The notes beneath the pieces were generated by a model. The model made no database searches and had not been told where the DNA came from. It worked only from the letters and a program-made list of their open reading frames with translations. Positions 29,959 through 41,036 of a DNA stretch of 64,000 nucleotides are shown piece by piece. Numbering within the stretch: the stretch's first letter is position 1; each line of letters starts with the position of its first letter. This DNA comes from Haliangiales bacterium. GTDB taxonomy: Bacteria; Myxococcota_A; Polyangia; Haliangiales; Haliangiaceae. The DNA is taken from contig JAYRZI010000002.1 in the NCBI GenBank assembly GCA_041916575.1, positions 21,117 to 85,116 of the forward strand, written 5' to 3'. The position numbers and the translations under genes were made by a program.

Positions 29959-31643
29959 AGGGGCGGGTCGCAGGGGCCGGCGCTGCGTGGGTGGCTGCGT
30001 GCGCTACCGCGTGGGCGGCCGCGTGCTCGGGAGCTCCCGCCACACGAACGGCCCCCGCAGCGCGGCCGGCGCCCAAGCTGGTGGTGCTGGTGGTGATCGA
30101 TCAGCTCCCGACCTGGTCGTTCGCCAAACTCGCGCCCACGCTTCGCGGCGGTCTGCGGCGGTTGCTCGATCGCGGCGTGTACGTGCCGGCGATGCACATT
30201 CCGTACGGCATCCCGCTCACCGCGCCGGGCCACGCCACGCTCGCCACCGGGGCGCCGCCGGCGGTGCACGGGGTGATCGGCAACGGCTGGTATCGCCGCG
30301 AGCGCGGTCGCGTCGAGGACGCCGACTCCGATGAGGCGTCTCCGGTCTATCGGCTGGCGCCTGGGCCGGGGGAGCCGACCACGCTCGAGTTCGGGAGCTC
30401 CAGCGCTGCGCTGCGTGTGCCAGGCTTGGCCGAGGCGCTGCGCGTCGGCACCAACGGACGTGGCCAGTCGGTGGCCATCGGCCTCAAGGCGCGAGCGGCG
30501 TGCTTCGTCGCCGGGCAGCGGCCCGACGAGGTCCTGTTCTTCGAGCCGGAGGCCGGAGGCATGACCACGAGCAGCTTCTATGCGCGTCAGGTGCCGCCTC
30601 ACCTGACGGCCGCGGCGGCGCGGACTCCGCTCGCTGGCTACCTGACCGCGCGCTGGGAGCCGCTCGACGGAGGTGCGTTACGCGAGGTCACTGGCATCGA
30701 GGACGCCGCGCCAGGCGAGGGCGGCGAGTATGAGCTGGGCGAGGCGTTCCCGCATCTGCTCGAGCGCGCCAAGCCACCGGGCAAGGCCCTGGTCCTCACC
30801 CCGTTCGGCGATGAGCTGGTGCTCGGCGCGGCGCGCGAAGCGGTGATCCGCCGCTCGCTCGGCGCCGATGCCTATCCGGACTTGCTGGCGCTGAGCCTCA
30901 ATAGCCACGACTACACCGGGCACTCCTTCGGGCAGCTCTCGTGGGAGCAGGTCGATCTGCTGTGGCGGCTCGACCGCTCGCTTGCAGAGCTGTGGCGATT
31001 CTTGGATGAGCAAGTGGGAGCCGACGGCTACGCGGTGGTCTTGACCAGTGATCATGGCTCGACCCCGCTGGTCGAGCGCAGCTCGACGCCGGGGGCCCGC
31101 CGCATCCCGCCGAAGGAGATCGTCGACGCGGCCGAGCGCGGCATCGATGGGGTAGCGGGGGCCGGCGACTGGGTGGCGAACTTGTCCTCGAGCAACCTGT
31201 ACCTGACCCAGGCTGGCCGCGCGTTGCCCGACGAGCTTCGCGCGCGCGCGTTGGCCGCGGCGGCACGCGAGCTGGCTCGGGTGCCGGGCATCGCCGCCGC
31301 CGGAGTGACGGCGGAGATCCTCGGGGCGGCGCCCGGGCAATGCGGGGGCGCGCCCGTCGAGCGCGCGATGTGCTTGTCGGCGGCGCCGGGGCAGCACGGT
31401 GAGCTGTACATCGCGGTAGCGCCGGGCTCGCTCGTCACCACGTACGCGACCGGCACCCACCACGATGCGCTGTCGGACGACAACCGCCAGGTGCCGCTCT
31501 TGGTGATGGCGCCCGGCGTGGCGCCGCGGGTGGTTGGCGAGAGGGTGGAGAGCTTGCAGGTGGCACCGACGGTCGCGGCGCTCTTGGGCGTGGCACCGCC
31601 GGCGGCGGCGCGGGCGAGCGCGCTATCGCTGGCCGCGCCCTAG
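29955..31643 (+). CDS. Alkaline-phosphatase-superfamily enzyme (type I phosphodiesterase / nucleotide pyrophosphatase-like) lipoprotein. GTG start overlaps the aldolase stop (GTGA).
   Basis: Signal plus lipobox VAACATAWAAACSG, then LVVLVVIDQLPTWSF (the metal-binding D...T/S nucleophile region of AlkP-like phosphodiesterases), ...LTSDHGS (the DHG metal site). The ORF N-terminal 130 aa overlapping the aldolase are discarded. Confidence 0.7.
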
Positions 31644-32509
31644 GCGCGCGCTTCATCGGCGAGCGCGCGCGCGAAGAACGGGCTGTGCTCGGCGAGCGTG
31701 GTCACGTAGTCGCGGACGTCGTCGCGTGCGCCCGGTGCCAGGGCCGAGAACGGCACGATGTCGACCGGCGGCACGTAGCGCAGGGTGAGGTTGATGCGAC
31801 GGGTGCGGAAATCCCGGATCGGCGGGCCCAGCGACAGGCCGAGGCGATCGTCGACCCGCTGCACCCGGTGCAAGAGCTCATCCTTCCAGCGCCGGCCGCC
31901 GAAGATCTGCAGCGAGCTGTCCTCGAGCCATTGCTGCTGCACCGGCGCCGCCTCGCGCTGGCCGCGGCGCACGAACTGAAACAGCGCTCGCTCGCCTAGC
32001 GACAGGGAGGCCACGGGGCCGGGCTCGAGATCTCGGTGGTCGCCGACGCGCGCCACGTCGATCCACTTGTCGCCGGTGCGGCGCTCGCCGTAAAAGTTGA
32101 TGAGGCAGGTGTTGAGGTGCCAGCCAGCGGGCACGTCGCGGCGCGGGAACTGCGCGCGCACCTTGCGCTCGATCTCGGCGACCAGGCTGGCCAGGACCGG
32201 CGGGAAGGGCTCGGCGCGCACCGCGCAGTCGGCGGTGCGGCGGGGCGGCTCGTAGTAGCCCAGGCACGCGAACTGCCAGTTGCCGAGCCAGTACACGGGG
32301 CGCAGCAGCGAGCGTTGCTCCTTGCCGGGAGGCGGCGGGCGCCGGGTGGAGTAGCGCTGCTCCCACAACGGGTGCAGCGTACCGAGGAAGGCGAGCAGCT
32401 CGTGACGCTGTGCTTCTCGAATGAAGCCGGGCTGGTACACGCAGGTCGGGTCGGGCGCGCGCGTGCGCGCCCATCGAACGGCGGCGGGCAGCGCCTGGCG
32501 ACGGACCAT
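31640..32509 (-). CDS. AlkB-family 2OG-Fe(II) dioxygenase (alkylated DNA/RNA repair)-like protein. Start trimmed to MVRRQALP.
   Basis: LINFYGERRTGDKWIDVARVGDHRDLEPGPVASLSLGERALFQF parallels the AlkB motif LINRY..G..L..HQDKDE......SVSLG..A.FQF. The N-terminal 150 aa of the listed ORF are low-complexity and overlap the divergent comF start. Confidence 0.6.
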   Translation of the reverse strand: MVRRQALPAAVRWARTRAPDPTCVYQPGFIREAQRHELLAFLGTLHPLWEQRYSTRRPPPPGKEQRSLLRPVYWLGNWQFACLGYYEPPRRTADCAVRAEPFPPVLASLVAEIERKVRAQFPRRDVPAGWHLNTCLINFYGERRTGDKWIDVARVGDHRDLEPGPVASLSLGERALFQFVRRGQREAAPVQQQWLEDSSLQIFGGRRWKDELLHRVQRVDDRLGLSLGPPIRDFRTRRINLTLRYVPPVDIVPFSALAPGARDDVRDYVTTLAEHSPFFARALADEARA

Positions 32510-33320
32510 GGCGCATTGTAGCGGCGCGGTCGGGCAGGGCGGCGCCGCGCGCGGTGACAAACCGCCGCAGCACGCGAAACTCTTTCTGGCAGCGGTCGAA
32601 GGGCTCCGGGTGAGCGCGCTGTCCTCCGGTCTTGCATGGCTGTTCCAGCCGCAGTGTGCGGCGTGCGGCGCTGGCGTGGTCGCGGGGCTTCCGTTCTGCG
32701 CCTCCTGTGCGCCAGCGTTGCTCGAGAACAGCGTGGCGTGTCCGCGCTGCGCCGAGGCGTTGCCTGGGCCCAGGCCCGAGGTGTGCCTGCGCTGTCGGCG
32801 CCGGCCGCTGCCGCTCGAGCAGATCGTTGCGCCTTGGCAGTATGGCGGCGCGCTCGCCGAGGCCATCGTGCGCCTGAAGTTCCAGCGGCGCACCGAGCTG
32901 GCGCGGACCTTGGCGCCGCTCATCGCGCCGGTCCTGTCCGCGACGGCGCGTGCCGCGGAGGCGTCGCTCATCGTGCCGGTGCCGCTGCACTGGTCGCGCC
33001 GGTTGCGCCGCGGCTTCGATCAGAGCCAGCTCTTGCTCGCGCACTCGGCGGCGCTGGCTCCGCTGCCTTGTGCAGTAGGCTGCGCGTTGCGCCGGCATCG
33101 GCGCACCCCGTACCAGAGCCGTGCCGTGCTGGCGGAGCGCATGCGCAACCTGGCGGCCGCGATCTCGGTGCACCCGCGCTGGGGCGCCCGCGTCGTGGGG
33201 GCTCGCGTGGTGCTGTTCGACGACGTGGTCACCACCGGTGCCACGCTCTCGGCGTGTGCCCGCGCGTTGCGCGCCGCGGGGGCCGCCTCGGTGTCGGCGG
33301 TCGCGCTGGCACGTGGGTGA
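32508..33320 (+). CDS. ComF-family protein (double zinc-ribbon plus phosphoribosyltransferase domain). Start trimmed to MAHCSG.
   Basis: CAACG...CASC...CPRC...CLRC zinc-ribbon cysteines, then PRT-type motif VVLFDDVVTTGATL. Its ATG and the alkB-like ATG share a CCATGG palindrome. Confidence 0.6.
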   Translation: MAHCSGAVGQGGAARGDKPPQHAKLFLAAVEGLRVSALSSGLAWLFQPQCAACGAGVVAGLPFCASCAPALLENSVACPRCAEALPGPRPEVCLRCRRRPLPLEQIVAPWQYGGALAEAIVRLKFQRRTELARTLAPLIAPVLSATARAAEASLIVPVPLHWSRRLRRGFDQSQLLLAHSAALAPLPCAVGCALRRHRRTPYQSRAVLAERMRNLAAAISVHPRWGARVVGARVVLFDDVVTTGATLSACARALRAAGAASVSAVALARG

Positions 33321-33435
33321 TCTGGCAAGATGGTGCCGCGGCTCGCGGAGCGCGCATGACAGGCGCGCTTGCAGAAAGGGCCTTCGCCGACGAGCGCGCC
33401 GAGGGCTCTGCGAGGGGGCGCCTGCTGGTGGCGCG

Positions 33436-36400
33436 CTACTTGCGCTCCATGATGGTGAACTCGACGCGGTCGTTGATCTGCGCCGCGTTCTTGCGCTGCA
33501 CGCTCATGATGGGCTTCTCCGAGCCGAAGCCGCGCGCGTCGAGCCGGCTGGCCGCGATGCCCCACTGCACCAGGAAGTCGCGCACCGCCGCGGCGCGGCG
33601 GTCGGTCAGCTCCGAATCCTTGCGACCACGCGGGTGCACGTGCACGCCGATACGGATGCGCGCGATGCCGGGGTTGGCGCGCAAGGTCGCCGCCACCTGC
33701 TCGAGCACCGGCAGCGACGACGGCGCGAGCTTGGCAGTCTGGCCGACGAAGGACACCGGCATCATCAACTCGATGCGCTCGGCCGCCACCAGCACCGCAG
33801 CGAACCCGTTGTCGGGGCAGCCATCCTGGTTGTCGACATCGTTGATGGTCTCGGGTTGGCGCGGGCACTTGTCGTCGGCGTCGAGGATGCCGTCCTGATC
33901 GTCATCGGGATCGGGGCAGCCGTCTCCATCTTCGAACCCGTCGAGATCTTCGGCTTCCTTGGGGCACTTGTCGGCCGCGCCGATCACTCGATCGCCGTCG
34001 TCATCGAGATCCGGGCAGCCATCGCCGTCGTCGACGCCGTCCTTGTCTTCGCGCTCCATCGGGCACTTGTCCGTGGCATCGGGCACCGAGTCGAAGTCGT
34101 TGTCGGGGTCGGGACAGCCATCGCGATCGACAAAGCCGTCCTTGTCCTCGGGCTCGTTCGGGCACTGGTCCTCGGCGTCTGGGATCTGGTCGCCATCCGC
34201 ATCGGGCGGCGGGACATAGGGCGCCGGAGGGCGCAGCGGTGCGACCTCGTTCGCCTGCGGCATCAGCTCGAAGGCGACCACGCCGTGCATGGAAGGGGCG
34301 CCGACGCCGCGCAAGACGCCGCGTCCTAGGCCAAACGAGACGCCGACGGTGCGCGCCAGTCGATAGCGGAGGCCCAGCAGGGCCTCGACGGGCGTCGCCG
34401 CCGCGGCGTCGCGCTGGCCGATGCCGACCGCACCAAACAGCTCGCCCGAGACGCGCAGCTTGTCGGTGGCTCGCCACGACGCGCCCGCGCCCAGCAGGGC
34501 TCGATTGCCTTGGGTCATGCTGCCGAGCAGCACCTTGTCCTGGTAGCCAAAGCCGAGGTTGGCGCCGGCGAACAAGCGCCGGGACGAGTGCGCCACCAGG
34601 AGCTGGCCGTTGGCAGTGACGCTGCCGGGGCCGGCGTACGAGCCATCGGTGGCGGTGGGCAAGGTGACTGCCGCCGCAAGGCCCACGCTGGCGCCCTGGG
34701 CGCCGCCGAGCAGGCGAACCTTGGCGTGCAGCAGCGAATCGCCGAACGCCGCGGCCTCGCCGCCACCGAGCCCGGCCACCTCGCTCTCGTCGGCGAGCTG
34801 GCGCATCATGGCGACGCGACCTCCCAGCTCGAAGCGGCCGCCGAACGCGGCAGCTGCGCCCAGCTCGAACACGGTCCGCTGCGCGACGGGGCTCGAGGTC
34901 TCGCCCATGTTGTCGCTGATCTCGAGTGGACGCACCAGGTGCGAGATGGACAGGCCCAGCACCCACTCGCCGGTCGCTCCGGCGGTGGGCGCTTGCACGT
35001 GCAGCAGCTCTCCGGTAGTCGAGGCCTGCGGGCGAAACAGCGACAGATCGAGTTCGCGGCTGATCTGTGCTTGCGCCGTGCTCGAGATCGCCACCGTGGC
35101 GCACAGCGCTCCTAGCGCCGCGGTGCGCCGGCGCACGAGCAGCCCGCAGGCCACGAGCAGCGCCAAGAGCCAGGTGCCGCCGCCAGCGCTCTGGCAACCG
35201 CCGCCGCCGGACACCTCGACCTCGACCGCGGTGCCCATGAGCTGCACGATGGTGGCCGGGGTGGTGTCCTCATCCACGAAGATCTGGAGCTGGGCCTGGA
35301 ACTCGCCGACCTTGCTGGCCGCGAACACGATGTCGAAGCGGCGAGTCTCACCGGGAGCCAAGGTGGCGCCGGCCAGCTCGTCGGACAGCGAGAACTCCGA
35401 TTCGTCCTCGGTGCTCACCAGCTTGAGTTCTCGGATCTGGAAGGCCTTCTGATCGTTGTTCTGCACGGTGAGCTGCGCCGGATAGGTGTCCGAGAGCCGG
35501 ACAGGGAAGCCGACCGCGGTGGTGCCCAGCGACAGCACCTCGGCGGGCGCCACGCTCAGCATCGGGTTCTTGCCGAAGCCGTTGAGCTCGATGGTGGCGA
35601 GTCCGCCGCGGTCGTTGTCATCGTGCGTGAGGATGAGCTGGCCGGTCGGCGCCTTGCCGCCGCTCTGCGGTGCGAAGCGCACCTGGAAGGCGTGGGTCTG
35701 GCCGGCGGCCACGGTCACGGGATCGGGGTTGATCAGCGCCCAGATCGGTTCACCGGTCACCATCGTGGCGGTGATGCGCAGCGGCGCCTCGCCGTTGTTG
35801 CGTACGACGACATCTTGTACCGGCGCCTCGCTGCCCGGGTTGCGATAGGTTTCGGGGAACAGGGCGGGCGGGGTCACGGCGAAGACGCGATCGATGCCGC
35901 GCCCGGTGAGCGCAAAGCTCGAGGTCATGGTGCCGCCGAAGATGCCGCCGACTCCGACCACCAGCGTGCCGGTATCGGTGGCCACGGCGGTGGGATCGTA
36001 GCGCACGGTGGCGGTGAAGGTCGCGCCCGGCGCGATGGTCGCGGGCGTGGTCGCCACCACCGAGTAGCGCGAGGCGGCGCCGCTGATCGTGGCGCTGGTG
36101 ATCTGCAGGTCGGCCTGGCCCGAGTTGGTCAGGGTGAGGTTCTTCTCGACCATACCGGCGTCGACGTCGGCGGGGCCGAAATCGTACATCTGGGTCGGCG
36201 GATCGGCGGTGATGGCCGGGGTCGTGGAGTTGGCCATCACCTGCAGCGCGCGGGTTGGCATCTGCGAGACGCCGAGGTTGCTGTTGACCGTGAAGGTGGC
36301 CGACATCGCGCCCAAGCGGTTGTTGGGATCGGCCCGGAAGTACACGGTGGTGGACTGCCCAGGCATCAGGTCGATGTTGGAGAACGCCGGCGCTGGCGTG

Positions 36401-38397
36401 TTGCCGGCGGCGTCGGTGCGCACCAGCTCGCTGGTGGCCGTGCCCGTGTTCACGGCCAGGGTCGCGCTGGTCAGCCGCACCGGGGCCTCGTAGATGTTGC
36501 GGATCAGCACGCTGCCGACCCGGGTCTGATCCCAGCGCACGCCGCCGATATCGAGCGGGGACGGATCGAAGATGTAGCCCACCGACAGTCCATCGCCCAA
36601 GAGCGTCATGTTGCGGGTGCGAGTGATGGTGCCGCCCGAGTGCGTGCCCTCGATGCGGAAGGTGTGGGTCTCGCCAGCCTGGGTGCCCGAGGTGGTGTCG
36701 GTGGGCGAGAACCGCACGGTGACGGTATCGGTGGCGCCGGCGGCGAGGCTGGTCGGCAAGCCCTCGACGGTATACGCGGCGTCGGCCGGTGCGTTGAACA
36801 CGGCCACGAAGTTGCTGATGGTCGCGGTGCCGGTGTTGCGCAGCGTGAAGTTCAGGGTGCTGGAGTCGCCGGCGCGCACGGCGCCGAAGTCGAACGTGGT
36901 CTGGTTGGAGGTGAGTCGACCACCGATGCAGGCCAGCGGCACGTTGAGGGTGGGGCTGTTGACCGCGTTGCTCACGATGCTGAAGGCGGTGCCGGTGATC
37001 GTGCCCTCGACATTGGGGGCGCAGGTGATCGTCCAGTTCGTCATCATGCCGGGCATGAGCGTCTGGGCCCCGCTCTGGCCGGTGGTGACCATGAACTGGT
37101 TGGCCATGGGGCCAGTCAAGGTGGCCGAGGTGATGGAGAGGGTCTCGGTGCCGGTGTTGGTTACGATGAGGCCTTGCGGCGTGGCCATGGCGCCGAGCTC
37201 GACGTTGCCGAACGAAAGCGAGGTCGGCGCCGCCGAGATGTCGGGGCGGCCGGCGGTACACGTCAAGGTGACCAGGTTGTCACCGCCCGTGCTGTCGCTG
37301 GTGAACGTCAAGACGCGGGTCTGCATGCCGATGGCGCCGGCGGGTGGCATGCAGCGGATGCTCACCGTCTGCGGGGTCGCGCCGATGGTCAGGTCGGGTG
37401 TGAAGTCGCAGCTCGTCAGGCCATCGCAGGCTGGATCTGGCGTGTTGTAGAACGTGAACCAGCTCCCGGTAGACATCGAGATCGCCGCGCTCTGCACGGT
37501 CAGGGTGCCGGTGCCGGAGTTCGCGACCATCACGTCGACGTACTCGGCGGTGCCCACGGTGACGATGCCGACGTCGTAGTCGTTGGGGGTAGCGATGATC
37601 GGGGTGACGCCGGTGCCGGTCAGCGTGATGACCTCGGTGGCCTCGATGGGATCGTTGCTCTCGACGGTGATATCCGCGGCACGCGCGCCGACCGCCGACG
37701 GGTCGAAGGTCACGGTCACGGTGCGGCTGGCGCCAGCGCCGAGGCTGTAGGGGGTTGCCGGCGCGGTGGCGTAGTCGCCGGGGAAGGCGCCACCGCGGGT
37801 GAGCGCCGACACGTCGAGCGTGGTGCCGGCGTCGCCGCCGTTGGTGATCACGAAGGTGCGGGTGGCGGTAGCGCCGGTGACCTTGACCTCACCGAAGGTC
37901 AGCGCGTTGGTATCCACCATGAGCACTGGCGCGATGCCCTGGCCGGTGACCTGGAACATCCCGAGGTTGCTGTTGTCCCCAGCGCGTAGCACGACGGTGC
38001 AGCTATACGCAGCGCGCGCGGCGGGCGTCAGGTTCACGGTGAACCCGAGCGTGGCGTTCTCCGTGGTGAAGGTCTTGGGCAACGCCTCGTCCGGCGTGAT
38101 GGTGACGCCGGTGCACGCGCTGGTGTCGAACATGGCCAGCGTCTCATCGTCGGTTTGGCGGTTGACGGTGCCAGTGCTGCTGCCTGTGGAGGCCACTAGT
38201 ACGTTGCCCAGGGCCACCGGGTTGGAAGACAGCGCGAGGGCCGAGCCGGGCAGGGCCAGGCCAGCGGCGAGGATCGCAAGACGAAGGAAGCGAAGGGCTA
38301 GTTCCATAAGGGCATCAAGCTCCTGACTCGAGAATACTCTGGCTGACGCTATCTCACCCCTCGAGAAGTGCATCCATCGCAAGGAATCTCTGCTCAT
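33436..38397 (-). CDS. Giant cell-surface protein (1653 aa). Signal peptide, about ten Ig-like/beta-sandwich repeats, thrombospondin-type-3 (Asp-rich calcium-binding) repeats, and a C-terminal OmpA-family peptidoglycan-binding domain.
   Basis: T/S/N/V-rich repeated ~100-aa modules. DADGDQIPDAEDQCPNEPEDKDGFVDRDGCPDPDND... TSP3 repeats. C-terminal OmpA motif region ending ...NDRVEFTIMERK. Confidence 0.8.
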   Translation of the reverse strand: MSRDSLRWMHFSRGEIASARVFSSQELDALMELALRFLRLAILAAGLALPGSALALSSNPVALGNVLVASTGSSTGTVNRQTDDETLAMFDTSACTGVTITPDEALPKTFTTENATLGFTVNLTPAARAAYSCTVVLRAGDNSNLGMFQVTGQGIAPVLMVDTNALTFGEVKVTGATATRTFVITNGGDAGTTLDVSALTRGGAFPGDYATAPATPYSLGAGASRTVTVTFDPSAVGARAADITVESNDPIEATEVITLTGTGVTPIIATPNDYDVGIVTVGTAEYVDVMVANSGTGTLTVQSAAISMSTGSWFTFYNTPDPACDGLTSCDFTPDLTIGATPQTVSIRCMPPAGAIGMQTRVLTFTSDSTGGDNLVTLTCTAGRPDISAAPTSLSFGNVELGAMATPQGLIVTNTGTETLSITSATLTGPMANQFMVTTGQSGAQTLMPGMMTNWTITCAPNVEGTITGTAFSIVSNAVNSPTLNVPLACIGGRLTSNQTTFDFGAVRAGDSSTLNFTLRNTGTATISNFVAVFNAPADAAYTVEGLPTSLAAGATDTVTVRFSPTDTTSGTQAGETHTFRIEGTHSGGTITRTRNMTLLGDGLSVGYIFDPSPLDIGGVRWDQTRVGSVLIRNIYEAPVRLTSATLAVNTGTATSELVRTDAAGNTPAPAFSNIDLMPGQSTTVYFRADPNNRLGAMSATFTVNSNLGVSQMPTRALQVMANSTTPAITADPPTQMYDFGPADVDAGMVEKNLTLTNSGQADLQITSATISGAASRYSVVATTPATIAPGATFTATVRYDPTAVATDTGTLVVGVGGIFGGTMTSSFALTGRGIDRVFAVTPPALFPETYRNPGSEAPVQDVVVRNNGEAPLRITATMVTGEPIWALINPDPVTVAAGQTHAFQVRFAPQSGGKAPTGQLILTHDDNDRGGLATIELNGFGKNPMLSVAPAEVLSLGTTAVGFPVRLSDTYPAQLTVQNNDQKAFQIRELKLVSTEDESEFSLSDELAGATLAPGETRRFDIVFAASKVGEFQAQLQIFVDEDTTPATIVQLMGTAVEVEVSGGGGCQSAGGGTWLLALLVACGLLVRRRTAALGALCATVAISSTAQAQISRELDLSLFRPQASTTGELLHVQAPTAGATGEWVLGLSISHLVRPLEISDNMGETSSPVAQRTVFELGAAAAFGGRFELGGRVAMMRQLADESEVAGLGGGEAAAFGDSLLHAKVRLLGGAQGASVGLAAAVTLPTATDGSYAGPGSVTANGQLLVAHSSRRLFAGANLGFGYQDKVLLGSMTQGNRALLGAGASWRATDKLRVSGELFGAVGIGQRDAAAATPVEALLGLRYRLARTVGVSFGLGRGVLRGVGAPSMHGVVAFELMPQANEVAPLRPPAPYVPPPDADGDQIPDAEDQCPNEPEDKDGFVDRDGCPDPDNDFDSVPDATDKCPMEREDKDGVDDGDGCPDLDDDGDRVIGAADKCPKEAEDLDGFEDGDGCPDPDDDQDGILDADDKCPRQPETINDVDNQDGCPDNGFAAVLVAAERIELMMPVSFVGQTAKLAPSSLPVLEQVAATLRANPGIARIRIGVHVHPRGRKDSELTDRRAAAVRDFLVQWGIAASRLDARGFGSEKPIMSVQRKNAAQINDRVEFTIMERK

Positions 38398-38618
38398 GCT
38401 GCGGTGCGGCCGGGCCCGGCCGGACCACGGCAGCTCGGCGTAGGCACGGGAGAACCATGGGTTCTGTGGCTTGAGCTACGGCGGTCGGGGGATCGCGGTG
38501 AAGCTCACGTGAGCGCTCGACGTCGGGCGAACCGTGCCGATCCATGGGGGCATGTGCAGGTTGCCAACGCGCGGATCCCGGTTCGTAGTCCCGGCTCGGT
38601 CAGCCGAGGCGAATCCTC

Positions 38619-41036
38619 TTGCCGATCTCGCCTGTCGCCGAGGGCGAGGCGTACGATAACGCCGTGGTTCGACTAGCTCAGCTCCTGGGGTACCTGGGTC
38701 GCGATGGGATCAGCGAGCTGGTGTTGGGGTCGGGGCGACCGGTCACGGTGAAGAAGGGGAGCTCGTATCAGCCTCTTCTGGCGGCGCCGCTGTCGCTGCC
38801 GCAGCTCGAGGAGTTGATCAAGGGCACGGCGCTGGCCGCCCTGGTGCCGCAACGCGACACCAACGGAACGCCGACCAAGGTAGTGCTTGGCGGCAAGAGC
38901 TACGTGGTACAGGCCGCGCGGCGGCAAGACGCGGTGCTGCTCAAGATCGAGCTGGAGGCCGGGGTGGAGGAGGCCTCTGTTGCGGAGCGGCCGGGGCGCA
39001 GCGCGCAGCCCGGCGCGGGGCAGCCCGAGCCTGGAGCCGCACGTCCAGCCAAGTCCGACGGCGCGATCGCCCACGCCTCGACGGTGACCTTCCGCCAACC
39101 GTCCCCATCTCTCGCTCCGACCTCCTCGCCCTCTCCGAGTTCCTACTCGAACTCGGGCTCGGGTTCGGGCGCGGGTTCGGGTTCGGGCTCGGTCGCGGGT
39201 TCGGGCGCGGGTTTGGGTTCGGGTTCGGGTTCGGGTTCGGGTTCGGGTTCGGGTTCGGGTTCGGGTTCGGGCTCGGGTTCGGGTTCGGGCTCGGGTTTGG
39301 TCGCGGGTTCGGGTTCGTATTCGGTCTCCTCCCCGGTCTCTCGTTCTTCCACGCCTCCTCCCGCGGCCACCCCCTCACCGTCCGCCGGCGTCGCCTCCTT
39401 CGCGCGCCCCGAACCCGCGGCGCGCGCGCCAGCGCCATCGCACCCTGCGCTGACCCCGCCACCTGTCGGTGCTCTCGAGCTGCAAGACGACGTCGATTTC
39501 TCGCTGTCCGGCTCGCCGGCCGCCAGCGAGGAAGAGGAGTCCTTCGAGCTCGAGCTGGATCTCTCGGGCGAAGACGTGTCGGCGCCCGCGAGCGCTGCTC
39601 CGCGAGCGCCGATGCCGGCATCGTCTTCGGCTCCGTCTTGGGCCGTGGCGTCCATCCCCGCGTCCGCCGCGGCGGGCGCCGCTCTGGTGACCGCTGCTTC
39701 TCCTGCGCTTGCTTCTCCCGCGGTCGGCGCAGCCGTGGCCGCTCCGGCTACCGCTCCGGCCACCGCCCCGGCTACCGCCCCGGCCACCGCTCCGGCCACC
39801 GCTCCGGCCACCGCTCCGGCCGCCGCGCGGCGGCTGATGACTGCCGCCACCAGAACGATCCCCGAGGCCTTCACGTCGCTCATCCGGGAGGCGCGCAAGC
39901 ACGGCGCTACCGATCTGCACCTGAGCCCGGGGCAGCCGGCACTATGGCGAGCGCGCGGCGCGCTGCACCGCGCCGGCGAGCCGTTGGCTGCGTCCGCCGT
40001 GACCGCGCTCATCGAGCCCTGGCTCGGCCCTGCAGATCTCGCCAGCCTCGACGAGCGCGGCTACGCCGATCTGGCGCTGGAGGTGCAAAGCGCGCGCGGC
40101 GGCGCCGGTCGGGTACGCGCCAACGTGTCGCGCGTGCGTGGCGGACTCAAGGGCTCGTTCCGCCTGGTGTGGGAGGGCGTTCCCTCGCTCGAAGCGCTGG
40201 GCTTGCCGCGCGAGCTGACGCGGGTGACCTCGTATCACCAGGGGCTGGTGGTGATCGCTGGGCCGAGCGGCCACGGCAAGACCACCACGCTCGGCGCGCT
40301 GGTGGATCTCATCAACAGCTCGCGCCCTCACCACATCCTGTGCATCGAAGATCCGGTGGAGATCGTTCACCCGCGCAAGCAATCGGTGGTGTCGCAGCGC
40401 GAGGTCGGCGTGCACACGCTGTCGTTTGCCAGCGCCCTGCGCGCCTCGCTGCGCGAAGATCCCGATGTGATCGTCATCGGCGAGGTGCGCGATCGAGAGA
40501 CCGTGGAGATCGCGCTCACCGCCGCCGAGACCGGCCACCTGGTGATCGCCACCATGAGCACACCCTCGGCGGCCAAGACCATCGATCGCTTGATCGACAT
40601 GTTTCCCCCCGACGATCAACAACAGGTGCGCGTGTCGCTGGCAGCGGCGCTGCGCTTCATCGTGGCGCAGCGGCTGGTGCCGCGCCGCGATGGCCAGGGC
40701 GTGGTGCCCGCCATCGAGCTGTTGACCGGCGTGCTGCCAGTGGCCGCGCTCATCCGCGACAACAAGCTGTTTCAGCTCCCCAATCTGCAGCAGCGCGGTC
40801 GCGCCTTCGGCATGATCCGCTTCGATGATTCGCTGCTCGAGCTGGTGCGCGGCGGCGTGGTGGAAGAGGAGCTGGCGCTGGCCGCCGCCGAGAACCGGCG
40901 CGAGATGCAAGCGGCGCTGCACCCTGTGGAGCCAGCACCTGCGACCGCTGCGCAAGCGCGCCCGTGGGACGACGCGAAGCAACGGCTGGGCGGCCTATTC
41001 CGTCGCGACAAGGGCGGCCCACAGGGGACCGAATGA
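38619..41036 (+). CDS. PilT/PilU-family type IV pilus retraction ATPase paralog with a ~450-aa N-terminal extension. The extension has a structured N-domain, a (GS)n tract, a Pro/Ala-rich region and (ATAP)n.
   Basis: C-terminal 350 aa: Walker [13 protein letters not shown], Asp box ILCIEDPVE, His box and the PilT-type motif AxTHxxS-like [14 protein letters not shown]. The N-terminal half has no family assignment. Confidence 0.75.
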   Translation: MPISPVAEGEAYDNAVVRLAQLLGYLGRDGISELVLGSGRPVTVKKGSSYQPLLAAPLSLPQLEELIKGTALAALVPQRDTNGTPTKVVLGGKSYVVQAARRQDAVLLKIELEAGVEEASVAERPGRSAQPGAGQPEPGAARPAKSDGAIAHASTVTFRQPSPSLAPTSSPSPSSYSNSGSGSGAGSGSGSVAGSGAGLGSGSGSGSGSGSGSGSGSGSGSGSGSGLVAGSGSYSVSSPVSRSSTPPPAATPSPSAGVASFARPEPAARAPAPSHPALTPPPVGALELQDDVDFSLSGSPAASEEEESFELELDLSGEDVSAPASAAPRAPMPASSSAPSWAVASIPASAAAGAALVTAASPALASPAVGAAVAAPATAPATAPATAPATAPATAPATAPAAARRLMTAATRTIPEAFTSLIREARKHGATDLHLSPGQPALWRARGALHRAGEPLAASAVTALIEPWLGPADLASLDERGYADLALEVQSARGGAGRVRANVSRVRGGLKGSFRLVWEGVPSLEALGLPRELTRVTSYHQGLVVIAGPSGHGKTTTLGALVDLINSSRPHHILCIEDPVEIVHPRKQSVVSQREVGVHTLSFASALRASLREDPDVIVIGEVRDRETVEIALTAAETGHLVIATMSTPSAAKTIDRLIDMFPPDDQQQVRVSLAAALRFIVAQRLVPRRDGQGVVPAIELLTGVLPVAALIRDNKLFQLPNLQQRGRAFGMIRFDDSLLELVRGGVVEEELALAAAENRREMQAALHPVEPAPATAAQARPWDDAKQRLGGLFRRDKGGPQGTE

